Source: Bacteroidota bacterium
GTDB lineage: Bacteria; Bacteroidota; Rhodothermia; Rhodothermales; UBA10348
NCBI GenBank assembly: GCA_029262835.1
Contig: JAJCYQ010000049.1
Span: 16,793 to 80,792 of the forward strand
DNA: 64,000 nt
Reading direction: 5' to 3'
This document shows positions 49,738-59,305 of the stretch, one piece after another (the first letter of the stretch is position 1; every line of letters begins with the position of its first letter). Made by a program: the position numbers and the translations under genes. The notes beneath the pieces were generated by a model, which worked only from the letters and a program-made list of their open reading frames with translations, was not told the origin of the DNA and did no database searches.

Positions 49738-50334
49738 TCAGAAAAGTATGGTCAGGGTAAGGAGTACAACGAGCACGGAGACCATAAGTCCCCACGCAGA
49801 TCGTGTAAGCGCAGTCGCCCGTGTGGTGACTTCGGCAAGGAGCAGGACGACGGCCAGAATCACGATCTGACCCAGCTCAAGGCCGATGTTGAAGGCGAAG
49901 AGTGGCGCGAGAATGCTCTCTTCGCCGCCCAGTACGGCGCGTAAAAAATTGGAGAAGCCGAGGCCGTGAATGAGTCCAAACCCAGCTGCCAGGAGGTACT
50001 TGGCCCGCCAACCTCGCTGGGATTCTGCGCCCTCCTGCCGCAGACGCCGGTCCCAGAGCGTCTCGCCGATATTCAGAAGCGCCGTCGCCAGGATGGTGAG
50101 CGGAATAAGCATCTCCACCAGATCGGAATTGACGCGGACCATGTCGAGCGTGGCGAGTGCGAGCGTGAGGGAGTGGCCGAGGGTGAATGCGGTCACGAGA
50201 ACGAGGAGATGGCGCCACTCGGCGAGTGTATACGACGCCGCGAGCGCGACGACGAACAGAATGTGGTCATAGCCCGCCAGGTCCAGAATATGCTCCAGGC
50301 CGAGCTGCAGGTACACGCTGAAGGTGGTATTCAT
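49738..50334 (-). CDS. HupE/UreJ family membrane protein
   Basis: 198 aa with 6 TM helices, plus GLEHILDLAGYDHILFVVAL and FTLGHSLTL motifs. Confidence 0.8.
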   Translation of the reverse strand: MNTTFSVYLQLGLEHILDLAGYDHILFVVALAASYTLAEWRHLLVLVTAFTLGHSLTLALATLDMVRVNSDLVEMLIPLTILATALLNIGETLWDRRLRQEGAESQRGWRAKYLLAAGFGLIHGLGFSNFLRAVLGGEESILAPLFAFNIGLELGQIVILAVVLLLAEVTTRATALTRSAWGLMVSVLVVLLTLTILF

Positions 50335-50344
50335 GGATTCGGAC

Positions 50345-50893
50345 TTATTGCGGTGCAGGCCGGTCCGGGCAGCCCTCCGTTTCCACGGAGTATGTGGCCT
50401 GCGCCATACGCCAGCCGACGTCCGTCTTCAGGTATGTGAACACATCCGTGCCGCAGTGGCTGAAGGCACCGTCAATGTGGAAGTCGTAGGCCGTGTAGAC
50501 CATGCCGACTGCTCCTGAGACCCGGACCTCGGGATCGAACATGCGCTCCAGGAATCGACCTTTCTGGGCGGCAATACCGGCCGTCATGGCCGAAAAAGGG
50601 CGGACGGTCGTGCTGCCGTCCGCGCCCGATATATAGGCGTGGCCGCCGGGCAGCTGTATGGCGGACAGGCGTTCGGCATCCCCGGCGGCCAGCGCGTCGA
50701 AAAAGTCCTGCGTGAGGGCAATGAGCGCGTCGGCATCCGGCGGCGCGCTGCCTTCCGCTCCCTGTGCGTGGGCCGCGGGAGTGAGGAGTACACCGGTTGC
50801 CAGGAGTATGCACGCCGTCCAGCGTATACAGGCGGTCAGTGGCACGCGGACGGGGATGTGGGTCCACGTGGCGTGTTCAGACGCGGCACTCAT
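50345..50893 (-). CDS. secreted NTF2/SnoaL-like fold protein
   Basis: 182 aa with a signal peptide. The pattern DFFDALAAGDAERL ... YDFHIDGAFSHCG ... W is typical of DUF4440/SnoaL-like proteins. The assignment is tentative. Confidence 0.55.
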   Translation of the reverse strand: MSAASEHATWTHIPVRVPLTACIRWTACILLATGVLLTPAAHAQGAEGSAPPDADALIALTQDFFDALAAGDAERLSAIQLPGGHAYISGADGSTTVRPFSAMTAGIAAQKGRFLERMFDPEVRVSGAVGMVYTAYDFHIDGAFSHCGTDVFTYLKTDVGWRMAQATYSVETEGCPDRPAPQ

Positions 50894-50899
50894 TTTTTA

Positions 50900-52348
50900 C
50901 TATTGTATGCGGACGACATGTTTCATCTCGGGCGATGCGCCAATATCCATAAGAATAATATAATTTCCTGAGGCGGCGCGTTCACCCTGTTGCGTGCGTC
51001 CATCCCAGGTAAACGCGTATTCGCCAGCCGCACGGACGGACGGCGGCTCCGTATACAGAATGCGACCGAGAACATCGATGACCTGGAAACCAACAGGCTG
51101 CGATCGGTGCAGCGTGTAGGGAAGAGTTACGTGGTCGGTGAAGGGGTTCGGGTAGCCGCTGCCGATTTCAAATGCATCGGGGAGTGTTTCTTCAGCAATG
51201 ACATCCGTAATGAGCGCATCGAGACCTTCAAGTTGGTAGACACGTTGGCCAATGGCGAATGCCGTTGTATCGTCGACGACCAGGAACCGATTGATATTGC
51301 CATCGAGTTGTCCCATTCCGGTGAGCGTGCTGAAGTGCTCGAGCTGTTGCCAGCTGTCACCTCCGTCGGTGGTGATGGACGTCACACCGCGACCACTGGC
51401 CCAGCCGACATCGGCCGTCACGAATCCAATGCCCTGGAGTCCCGCGCGGCTGACGCTACCATCTACCTCGATCGGTGTCCACGTCCGACCACCGTCCGTC
51501 GTTTTGAGCACTTTCGCAGGCAGCCCCTGGGAATTGGTAATGGTTTCAACGGAGATGTACCCGATGTCGGGCGTCGGGAAGGTGATTTTCCACCCCCACT
51601 CACCGGCTACACCGAGTCCCCGCGTTCCCGTGTAGACACGCTCCCACGTTTCGCCGCCGTCTTCGGTGCGAATCACGGTCACGTCGCCGTCGAGAGATGA
51701 GATAGTGCTGGTTCCGCCTGTGGCCACTCCCGTCAGTTCGTCAAAGAAGTGTACGTCCACGAGCGTGTCGGTGACGTCGTTCACGAAGCGGGAGTCCCAC
51801 GTCTGGCCGCCATCTTTGGTGCGGACAACGACGGGTGCGCCAAAAAATGCGCCCACGCCATAGGCTACCTGTTCAGAAACCGCCACCATCCCGCAGATTC
51901 CGGCCGGGTCGACGCCGTCGATGGTGTCCGTGATGTTCGTCCAGGAGGCGCCTCCGTCGCGGGTTTCCCAGAGCGTCCGTCCCCGCGTGAGCGTGCCGGC
52001 CCAGCCGACCTGGTCCGTGGCAAATGCAATGGATCGGAACGATGTGCCGGGTTCATCGAGTTGTTTCTGCCACGAGAGTCCGCCGTCGGCCGAGTGCCAG
52101 ATTTCGCCATTGGCACGGTGTACCATCCACCCGTTCAGGCGGTCGGCGAAGTCGACGTCATCGAACCGGTCGGGCGAGGTGGACGGGCCCAATACGGGCC
52201 CGAAAGGGACCGGCTCCCAGACAGGAACGGTCTGGGCCAGAGCCGGCGGTGCCGCGACAAGCGTCAGGAGGACGAAAAAGACGGCAGCAAAAGTGGGCAG
52301 ATCGTGTTTGCGTACTGTCCACGTAGGGGACGTCGAGACAGGTGTCAT
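50900..52348 (-). CDS. BNR/Asp-box beta-propeller protein with a T9SS C-terminal sorting domain
   Basis: Six SxDxGxTW-like boxes (SADGGLSW, TRDGGASW, TKDGGQTW, TEDGGETW, TTDGGRTW, TTDGGDSW). C-terminal Por-type CTD (GYPNPFTDHVTLPY...GNYIILM). ATG 52348 gives a plausible signal peptide. Confidence 0.8.
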   Translation of the reverse strand: MTPVSTSPTWTVRKHDLPTFAAVFFVLLTLVAAPPALAQTVPVWEPVPFGPVLGPSTSPDRFDDVDFADRLNGWMVHRANGEIWHSADGGLSWQKQLDEPGTSFRSIAFATDQVGWAGTLTRGRTLWETRDGGASWTNITDTIDGVDPAGICGMVAVSEQVAYGVGAFFGAPVVVRTKDGGQTWDSRFVNDVTDTLVDVHFFDELTGVATGGTSTISSLDGDVTVIRTEDGGETWERVYTGTRGLGVAGEWGWKITFPTPDIGYISVETITNSQGLPAKVLKTTDGGRTWTPIEVDGSVSRAGLQGIGFVTADVGWASGRGVTSITTDGGDSWQQLEHFSTLTGMGQLDGNINRFLVVDDTTAFAIGQRVYQLEGLDALITDVIAEETLPDAFEIGSGYPNPFTDHVTLPYTLHRSQPVGFQVIDVLGRILYTEPPSVRAAGEYAFTWDGRTQQGERAASGNYIILMDIGASPEMKHVVRIQ

Positions 52349-52410
52349 GAGACAGACCGATTGGGTGACTACATCAATGTACATCACACGGTCGTGTCAG
52401 CAGGTCCTCT

Positions 52411-53178
52411 TTATCGATCAATCCGGTACGAAATGCCGGCGCCCACGAAAAAGTCAGCCGCCGTGTCGGTCAGTCCGAAGCCGAGGTGCACATCCACCTG
52501 GAGGAGCTCCTGGATGAGGCTCGAGACGCCCGTGTGCAGCGTGACACCCGTATCCACATTGTCCTGGAAGCGGGTGGCCAGTTCGGCAAAACCGCTGAGG
52601 TCCGGCCGAATGGCATACGCAAACACGGCGGTCGTTTCCAGAACGGCGTCGTTGTCATCGCCCACGATGGCGCCGCGCGCCTGGGCGTCGAAGGACGTGC
52701 GGTCGTTGATGTCGCGGGACGCTACAAAAATGGCGGAGGGATCGATGGTATCGGACGTGAAGTTGTCGCCACCCGTCGGGAGAGACAGGGCGCCGAGGAC
52801 GGCCATACTCCAACCGTTCGCTGTTGGGGCGAGCGCGTACTTGAATCCGACCGAAAGGTCGGACAGGCCGGTATCGTCGACGGGGTCGTCTATGGATACG
52901 ATGGAAGGGACCCCGAAACGAAGTTCAAGTTTGTCGCGCAGGCCATAGCGAATGAGTGGTTCACCGAAAATGAGTGCGTCGGCACCGGCGTCCACAAACG
53001 ACAGTCCGCCTTCAAACTGGATGGATCCAAGCGGCACAGTCACGGCACTTTCCGTGAAGTCAGGCCGGTCGGTGACCAGCGGGGCCTGCTGGGCGAAAGC
53101 GCCCGTGGACGCGGCGGCGAAAAGGAGCGTGAACGCGAAAAGCCGGCGCACGCGTTGTGTTGGCAGCAGGTAAGGCAT
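52411..53178 (-). CDS. outer-membrane beta-barrel protein (MetA-pathway/transporter-like)
   Basis: 255 aa with a signal peptide, an N-terminal TDRPDFTES motif, alternating beta-strand pattern and a C-terminal aromatic residue. Confidence 0.65.
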   Translation of the reverse strand: MPYLLPTQRVRRLFAFTLLFAAASTGAFAQQAPLVTDRPDFTESAVTVPLGSIQFEGGLSFVDAGADALIFGEPLIRYGLRDKLELRFGVPSIVSIDDPVDDTGLSDLSVGFKYALAPTANGWSMAVLGALSLPTGGDNFTSDTIDPSAIFVASRDINDRTSFDAQARGAIVGDDNDAVLETTAVFAYAIRPDLSGFAELATRFQDNVDTGVTLHTGVSSLIQELLQVDVHLGFGLTDTAADFFVGAGISYRIDR

Positions 53179-53212
53179 GGTATTCGATTATCCGGGTGTT
53201 TTTTAGCCTTGG

Positions 53213-54217
53213 CTAAATCGTGAAGTCGTCTACGCCGCCCGTTCTCTTGCGTTCCGCAGCGGCCTGCTCCATGCGCGTCATCCAGGTCACGTTCAGGCGG
53301 CCTTCGCGAGCGGACACCTCGGGCGGCGTCCCCCCGGTCGCGGCGCGGTGAAAATCGGTCCACACCCCGAGGAACGGGTCGGCGGGCGTGTACGGGATGG
53401 GCCCGCCACTGGTGTCAATCCGGCCCGCGCCGTGACGCCCCATCGTGTCTTCAGCGCGCGCCCAGCCTCTGTCGCCATAGAGTTCCAGGCGCGAGGGCGA
53501 CGCGAACTGTACGGAAACGAATATCTCGGCCGTCGCGCCCGACTCCATGGTGCACAGCACCGCGCTCGATTCGTCGTGGCGACTGGAGAAGCGGGCACGA
53601 CTCTGATGGCATGCGACACGGACGATGTCTCCGCACGATGCGCCCATGATCCAGCGGACCTGGTCCAGGCAGTGCGTTCCATTGGCAGCCAGACTCCACC
53701 AGCGGCCGGTCTCCGGCTGTGCGCGCCAGTTGGAGCCGTCGGGTGCGGCAAACGTCCAGTGGATGCGCATGTGGCGTACTACTCCAAAGTCGCCCGTATC
53801 CACTCGGGCTTTGAGCGCACGGTGCCCCGCGTGATGCCGCATGTGGTAGGCCATGGCGAGCGTCACGCCTCTTTCCTGGCAGGCCGATTCAATGGCCTGG
53901 CAGGCCTCGATCGATGTGGCCATGGGTTTTTCGAGCACGATGTGCTTGCCGGCGCGGGCGGCGGCCACAGCGTGCGCCTCGTGCATGCGATCGGGCGTAG
54001 CGATGAGTACGGCGTCGAGGTCCGGGTCGGCGAGCAGCGTGCGCACGTCTGTGTGGGCCGGCTGCGGAGCAGCCGCCCCGTGGCCACGGGCCACGGCCGC
54101 CGCCCGCCCCGCGTCGCGGCTCAGTACGCTCCAGAATGTCAAATCGGGATGCGCATGGATGGCCGGAATGTGACGGTCAAGCGCAATACCGCCGGCGCCA
54201 ATGATACCAATATTCAT
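53213..54217 (-). CDS. Gfo/Idh/MocA family oxidoreductase
   Basis: MNIGIIGAGGIA Rossmann start and the EKPMA motif, 334 aa. Confidence 0.88.
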   Translation of the reverse strand: MNIGIIGAGGIALDRHIPAIHAHPDLTFWSVLSRDAGRAAAVARGHGAAAPQPAHTDVRTLLADPDLDAVLIATPDRMHEAHAVAAARAGKHIVLEKPMATSIEACQAIESACQERGVTLAMAYHMRHHAGHRALKARVDTGDFGVVRHMRIHWTFAAPDGSNWRAQPETGRWWSLAANGTHCLDQVRWIMGASCGDIVRVACHQSRARFSSRHDESSAVLCTMESGATAEIFVSVQFASPSRLELYGDRGWARAEDTMGRHGAGRIDTSGGPIPYTPADPFLGVWTDFHRAATGGTPPEVSAREGRLNVTWMTRMEQAAAERKRTGGVDDFTI

Positions 54218-54287
54218 AACAGGGGCTTAACGGATGGATAATGTTCAGGTCGACTGCACCTGTGAAATTGCATAAAAAACAGACACC

Positions 54288-55115
54288 ATGTCGCCTGCAC
54301 CACAACGCGTTCGGACCATCTGGATTTCTGATTTTCATCTCGGCACGCGGTACGCCCGAGCCCGCGATTTGATCGATTTCCTGAAAAGCTGGGAGAGTGA
54401 CTATCTGTATCTGGTGGGCGACGTGGTCGACGGCTGGGCGCTCGCCCGGTCCTGGTACTGGACACAGGAACAGAACGATGTGATCCAGAAAATTCTTCGT
54501 CGAGCGCGGAAGGGAACCCGCGTAACCTACATCCCGGGCAATCACGATGACTTCGCCCGGGACTACGTCGGTATGCAGTTCGGTCGGGTGACCGTGAAAA
54601 ACCAGGCCTACCACGACCTTCTCGACGGACGCCGGTTGCTTATTGTTCATGGAGACGAGTTCGACGGCATTATCCGCTACGCGAAATGGCTGCAGAAATT
54701 GGGAGCTGTAGCGTATGGCATTGCCCTGGCACTGAACGGAGTGTTCAACATTGTGCGATCCTGGATGGGACGTCCGTACTGGTCGCTGTCGGCCTTCCTG
54801 AAGCAGCGCACAAAAAAAGCGCTGCAGTACATTGACGACTTCGAGCAGCTTGTAGCAGAAAAAGCACGCCAGGAACAGGTGGATGGCGTCGTCTGCGGTC
54901 ATATTCACCATGCCGATGAGCGCATGATCGATGGTATCCACTACCTGAATTGCGGAGACTGGGTCGAGAGCTGCACGGCACTCGTCGAGCATACCGATGG
55001 CCGGCTGGAACTCATTAACTGGTCCACTGAACTTTCCACACGGGGCGATGGGCACGCAGGGAGCCTGCCCGAACTGAGTATCGCCGGTGAGATGGCAGAC
55101 AACAAAAGAGGATAG
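54288..55115 (+). CDS. UDP-2,3-diacylglucosamine diphosphatase-like metallophosphoesterase (LpxH family)
   Basis: ISDFHLG, LVGDVVDGW, IPGNHDDF, VHGDEFD and CGHIHH metallophosphoesterase motifs. Confidence 0.85.
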   Translation: MSPAPQRVRTIWISDFHLGTRYARARDLIDFLKSWESDYLYLVGDVVDGWALARSWYWTQEQNDVIQKILRRARKGTRVTYIPGNHDDFARDYVGMQFGRVTVKNQAYHDLLDGRRLLIVHGDEFDGIIRYAKWLQKLGAVAYGIALALNGVFNIVRSWMGRPYWSLSAFLKQRTKKALQYIDDFEQLVAEKARQEQVDGVVCGHIHHADERMIDGIHYLNCGDWVESCTALVEHTDGRLELINWSTELSTRGDGHAGSLPELSIAGEMADNKRG

Positions 55116-55120
55116 ATCAC

Positions 55121-56278
55121 ATGGGACTTCGCGTACTATTCTGTCTCCAGGGCGAGGGGCGTGGCCACATGACACAGGCCATCGCTCTGGCGGGTCTTTT
55201 GCGGGATGCGGGACACGATGTCGTCGCCACCCTCGTCGGACACGCCGAGCACGGGACCGTACCGGCATTCCTCGGCGAACGTCTCGGATGCCCCATGCAC
55301 GCCTACGAGAGCCCGGACATCAAACTCAATGCCGATGCGCGTGCCATCAACGTGTGGAAGACCACGTTGTCGGCCAGTCGACTGTCACTCCGGTACCTGA
55401 AAGGTATCCGTACCATCGATGAGCACCTCGAGGCCTACCGCCCCGATGTGATGGTGAATTTCTACGAGCCGCTCGCCGGCCTGCGCCGGAACACCAGCGT
55501 ACCCATGGTGGCCATTGCCCACCAGCACATGTTCCACCACCCGCGCTATCCGTTCACGGCCGGCTCGCGCCTCCAGCGGCAAGGCATGCTCATGTTCACC
55601 AAACTGACCGCGATGGGAGCGGCACGGCTTCTCGGGTTGAGTCTGTACGAGGCGCCGAACATGCCGGAAAAGCATCTGCAGGTTGTGCCACCCATCCTCA
55701 GGCGCGAATTCTTCGATCTCAAACCCCGTCGCAGCGAACCACCCTACCTGCTGGTTTACCTCTGGCGCCCTGAACTCGTGGGGGAAATCCGCGAGTGGTG
55801 CGAAGAGCGCCCACGTACGCACGTTCACTGCTTCCTGTCGCATCCACAGAAAAAACGGGACGACCAGGTGCTCGACAACCTTGTCCTGCACCACCTCGAC
55901 GACCGCCTCTTCCTCGAAAAAATGGCCACGTGCTCCGGCATAGCGACAACCGCCGGATTTGAGACCACGGCCGAGGCCATGTATCTCGGAAAGCCCCTGC
56001 TCATGGTTCCAACGCACGTCGAGCAGCAGTGCAATGCCATGGATGCGACGCTTCTCGGCGGTGGGTACGCCTCGAACACATTCGACCTGGAGCGCCTTGA
56101 ACATTTCACGCCACGTGACCAGTCCGCCTTCAAGGCGTGGGTGGACCGGGCCCCCGAGCTCTTCGTGGGCGCCATCGAAGAAGTGGCCGAAGGCGTTCCG
56201 CTTGCGGCGCCCGTCAGCCGAACTGCGCCGCAATCACCTGCTGTCGGTGTGCGAAAATTCGTCCAAGTTGCCACTTGA
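55121..56278 (+). CDS. GT-B fold glycosyltransferase (GT1/GT28-like)
   Basis: VLFCLQGEGRGHMTQAIALAGLL N-terminal motif, and a C-terminal half with TTAGFETTAEAMYLGKPLLMVP. It begins 5 nt after the LpxH-like gene. Confidence 0.75.
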   Translation: MGLRVLFCLQGEGRGHMTQAIALAGLLRDAGHDVVATLVGHAEHGTVPAFLGERLGCPMHAYESPDIKLNADARAINVWKTTLSASRLSLRYLKGIRTIDEHLEAYRPDVMVNFYEPLAGLRRNTSVPMVAIAHQHMFHHPRYPFTAGSRLQRQGMLMFTKLTAMGAARLLGLSLYEAPNMPEKHLQVVPPILRREFFDLKPRRSEPPYLLVYLWRPELVGEIREWCEERPRTHVHCFLSHPQKKRDDQVLDNLVLHHLDDRLFLEKMATCSGIATTAGFETTAEAMYLGKPLLMVPTHVEQQCNAMDATLLGGGYASNTFDLERLEHFTPRDQSAFKAWVDRAPELFVGAIEEVAEGVPLAAPVSRTAPQSPAVGVRKFVQVAT

Positions 56279-56663
56279 CGAGCGGAAACGCCACGTCACC
56301 GAGCGGGGACAGGGGTAGGGCATAGCGGACGTGGTCTGTGATCAGCGTGCCGCCATCCTGCTCTTCGAAGGTATGACGGTGAATCCACGTACTGTAGGGG
56401 CCTTTGAGCTGCGTATCTTCGAACGAATACGGCGGATTCCAGGCCGTAATTTTCGTACGCCAGCGAAACGGGATCCCGGCCAGATACAAACGGTAATCGA
56501 TCAGCGCGCCAACGCGCATTTCAATGGGCTGGGGCGAGAGGATGTGGAAACGCAGCTCGTCGGGCGTGATGGTTTCCAAATTGGCCGCATCGGCAAAAAA
56601 TGCAAATACGTCCTGTAGCGGACGATCGAGCCACTGCTCGGTATGCAGTGTATGGGTAATCAC
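56214..56663 (-). CDS. SRPBCC (cyclase/dehydrase-like) family protein
   Basis: WLDRPLQDVFAFFADAANLETITP ... IFAHRQQV. GTG 56663 is preferred because the listed start at 56705 is a TTG. The 3' end overlaps the glycosyltransferase 3' end by 65 nt. Confidence 0.75.
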   Translation of the reverse strand: MITHTLHTEQWLDRPLQDVFAFFADAANLETITPDELRFHILSPQPIEMRVGALIDYRLYLAGIPFRWRTKITAWNPPYSFEDTQLKGPYSTWIHRHTFEEQDGGTLITDHVRYALPLSPLGDVAFPLVKWQLGRIFAHRQQVIAAQFG

Positions 56664-56734
56664 GGGAAGATTGGGGAGATGTGGGGGGTGAGTCTTACAT
56701 TGCAATGCGCATGTAAATAAACAACATTACCGAC

Positions 56735-57319
56735 ATGAAGTCTCTCCGGGTCCTGCCTCTCCTCCTGATTGTTGCGGTTTCTTCATCGGCTTGCGCTCAA
56801 GAACCGGATTCACGGCTGGTGGGAGAAGCACTTTCGGCCGCGCCCGAGGCGTTTCAGGATGTGGCGACCATCTATGCCTTCAATGATGCGGGCGCGCTGG
56901 AAGTCATACGCGAGGGAGATGGCACGTTTTTCTGCGCCGCAGACAATCCACATGTAGAGGGATTCGAGGCCACGTGCTGGCAACAGGCGCTCGACGCCTA
57001 TGTTCGCCGCGGATACGAACTCAAATCGGAGGGTATTGCCGGACGAGAAACGGTGGGCATGCGTGAGGCCGAAATCGATGCCGGCACGCTCGAGTGGTTT
57101 GACGGCGAGGCCACCATGTACCTGCGATACGGCGAAAATGCCCGTTGGGACGAAGAACTTGGCGAAGTCGTCGACTCGAAGCTGCGTTACGTGGTCTACA
57201 CCCCCTACGCAACCAGTGAATCGACCGGTCTGCCACTCGAGCCCATGACGCCAGGTGGACCCTGGATCATGAACCCAGGCTCGTTCCGCGCCCACATCAT
57301 GCTTCTTCCGCCGAACTGA
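56735..57319 (+). CDS. secreted hypothetical protein
   Basis: 194 aa with signal peptide MKSLRVLPLLLIVAVSSSACAQ. No family recognised. Confidence 0.55.
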   Translation: MKSLRVLPLLLIVAVSSSACAQEPDSRLVGEALSAAPEAFQDVATIYAFNDAGALEVIREGDGTFFCAADNPHVEGFEATCWQQALDAYVRRGYELKSEGIAGRETVGMREAEIDAGTLEWFDGEATMYLRYGENARWDEELGEVVDSKLRYVVYTPYATSESTGLPLEPMTPGGPWIMNPGSFRAHIMLLPPN

Positions 57320-58271
57320 TTGCCCTTTCCATGTAGCGCCGGGCGTCCTGCCCAATGTGGGGTACGCCCCGCTCTCGGGCCAGCTCCAGTTGGTGCTGGC
57401 GCTCGCGCAGCCGCTCGCGGTCTTCTTCTGTGCGGCTCTCGTGGCAGTACAGGCAGCTCACTCCTGCCTCCCACGATGGCAAGGTCATGTCCTCCTCCGT
57501 AACCGGCATGCGGCAGGCATGGCACATGGCATAGCTCCCGGGCTCAAGTTCGTGATTGACCGTTACACGGCTGTCAAACACGAAGCACTCCCCGTCCCAG
57601 AGCGATTCCGAGGCCGGGACCCGTTCCAGGTAGTTCAAAATACCGCCTTCAAGGTGGTACACGTGCTCAAACCCTCGACTCTTGAGATAGGACGTGGCTT
57701 TTTCGCAGCGGATGCCACCGGTACAGAACATGGCAATCGGTTCTTTTTCGTGGCCCGCCAGTTCGCGTTCCACATAGTCCGGAAAGTCCCGGAAGGAGGT
57801 TGTGCGCGGGTTGCGCGCGCCCCGGAAGGTGCCTACCTCCACTTCGTAGTCGTTGCGCGTATCGACAAGGATGGTCGCTGGATCGGCAATGAGTCTGTTC
57901 CATTCCGCGGGGGGCACGTACGTGCCTACCACGCGGTTCGGGTCCACACCGTCCACGCCGAGCGTCACGATTTCCTTTTTGAGGCGCACTTTGGCTCTCA
58001 GAAACGGCATTTCAGCGGCTTCTGACTCCTTATGCAACAGGTCCTGGAATCCGTCGAGCCCACGTATGTCGTCCAGGACGGCGCGGACGCCGTCATGGGG
58101 CCCCGCGATCGTGCCGTTTATCCCTTCCTCGGCAATGAGTAGCGTCCCTCGAACCGAGGCGCCTTCCATGGCCTCCTGCAGCCGGTGCTGCGCCGCTTCC
58201 GTGTCTGGCACGGGATGAAATTTATAGAGGGCCGCCACAAGCACAGCCGCTGGCGAAGAGGATCGGGTCAT
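57297..58271 (-). CDS. trhO: rhodanese-domain tRNA uridine(34) hydroxylase (UPF0176/YceA family)
   Basis: ALYKF ... EEGINGT ... VDTRNDYE ... FCTGGIRCEKA, plus a C-terminal Cys cluster (CHACRMP...CLYCH). Confidence 0.88.
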   Translation of the reverse strand: MTRSSSPAAVLVAALYKFHPVPDTEAAQHRLQEAMEGASVRGTLLIAEEGINGTIAGPHDGVRAVLDDIRGLDGFQDLLHKESEAAEMPFLRAKVRLKKEIVTLGVDGVDPNRVVGTYVPPAEWNRLIADPATILVDTRNDYEVEVGTFRGARNPRTTSFRDFPDYVERELAGHEKEPIAMFCTGGIRCEKATSYLKSRGFEHVYHLEGGILNYLERVPASESLWDGECFVFDSRVTVNHELEPGSYAMCHACRMPVTEEDMTLPSWEAGVSCLYCHESRTEEDRERLRERQHQLELARERGVPHIGQDARRYMERAISSAEEA

Positions 58272-58298
58272 GGGAGTTCAGGATGCCCTGGAATCGGG

Positions 58299-58832
58299 CT
58301 ACTGTTGTGCTGATTGATGTTCGCGTATACGCTGAACGACGTCGCGCGCCAAATCGTTCGGCACCAGCACGGTCAGGTTGTACTGCGCCACCTTCCAGGC
58401 GCCGTCCTCGCGGAGCAGCACGCCCGAACCACGGGTTTCGCCCATGTTTGCGTTCTCGAGGCGCTCGTCAAACCAGGCCACATCCCCACCCGGCGCGAAA
58501 TCCACGTGCCGCTCCAGCACATGGTACTCCCAGCCTCCTCCATCGGTGAACCGGGGCCGGGCGTAGGCCTTGAAGTCATCGATGGGCCAGCGTTCGGTGG
58601 CATCTGTCCCGAGGAATACGGCCTGGTCTGAATACAGGTCGAAATACGCCTCATAGTCGGCGCGAGCCGCTTGCTCGTGGATGCCATCGAGCGTCGCATT
58701 GACTGCTTCGAGGTCGGCCGCTGATGCCGCAGCCGGTGCCGCGTCGGGCGCGGCCTGGCAACCCGTAAGAACGCCTGTTGCCAACACGGTGGCCGCGATG
58801 AGTAGGGCCGTAAAAGGTGAAGATCTGTTCAT
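58299..58832 (-). CDS. NTF2-like lipoprotein
   Basis: Lipobox LTGC and an NTF2/SnoaL-like pattern. Its start overlaps the CDGSH gene stop by 1 nt. Confidence 0.6.
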   Translation of the reverse strand: MNRSSPFTALLIAATVLATGVLTGCQAAPDAAPAAASAADLEAVNATLDGIHEQAARADYEAYFDLYSDQAVFLGTDATERWPIDDFKAYARPRFTDGGGWEYHVLERHVDFAPGGDVAWFDERLENANMGETRGSGVLLREDGAWKVAQYNLTVLVPNDLARDVVQRIREHQSAQQ

Positions 58833-59242
58833 TATTCGGCCTCGAAGTCAGCAGCGCGGTGCGCGCCATCGCAGAAAGGTTTGTTCTCGGAGTGGCCGCA
58901 GCGGCAGAGCGCGGCTTTTGTGCCCTCCCATCGCACTTGGCCCTGTCCATCCCGAATCGCGAAACTGCCTTTGACCAGGAGCGGACCATTGGGCCGAACG
59001 GTTACCTGCAACGCACTTTCGCTGGAATCCTGTCCCGGACTGTCACCTGTGACAGCTCCCGGGTCTACAAACCCTTCACGGCTATGGCTGCCATCGCAGA
59101 AAGGTTTGTTGTCCGACTGTCCGCAGCGGCACAGGTACACCGGCTCGGTAGTGCGGAGTGGCGCGTTACCGGCGCGTTCCAGTGTGAGCTCTCCATCGAG
59201 CGCAATCGGGCCATCGGGGGAGATGGAAAAAACGTTATCCAT
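58832..59242 (-). CDS. CDGSH iron-sulfur domain protein (two domains)
   Basis: Two motifs: CRCGQSDNKPFCDGSH and CRCGHSENKPFCDGAH. Confidence 0.88.
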   Translation of the reverse strand: MDNVFSISPDGPIALDGELTLERAGNAPLRTTEPVYLCRCGQSDNKPFCDGSHSREGFVDPGAVTGDSPGQDSSESALQVTVRPNGPLLVKGSFAIRDGQGQVRWEGTKAALCRCGHSENKPFCDGAHRAADFEAE

Positions 59243-59305
59243 GTGCTTCTTCAGTCATTTTTTTGTTGAACGTCAACATACGAACCATCAACGTTCTGGT
59301 CCCCG

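Noticed and set aside
54177-55268. 363-aa ORF antisense to the LpxH-like gene
   Set aside because: No domain features, and the sense strand carries the complete set of metallophosphoesterase motifs.
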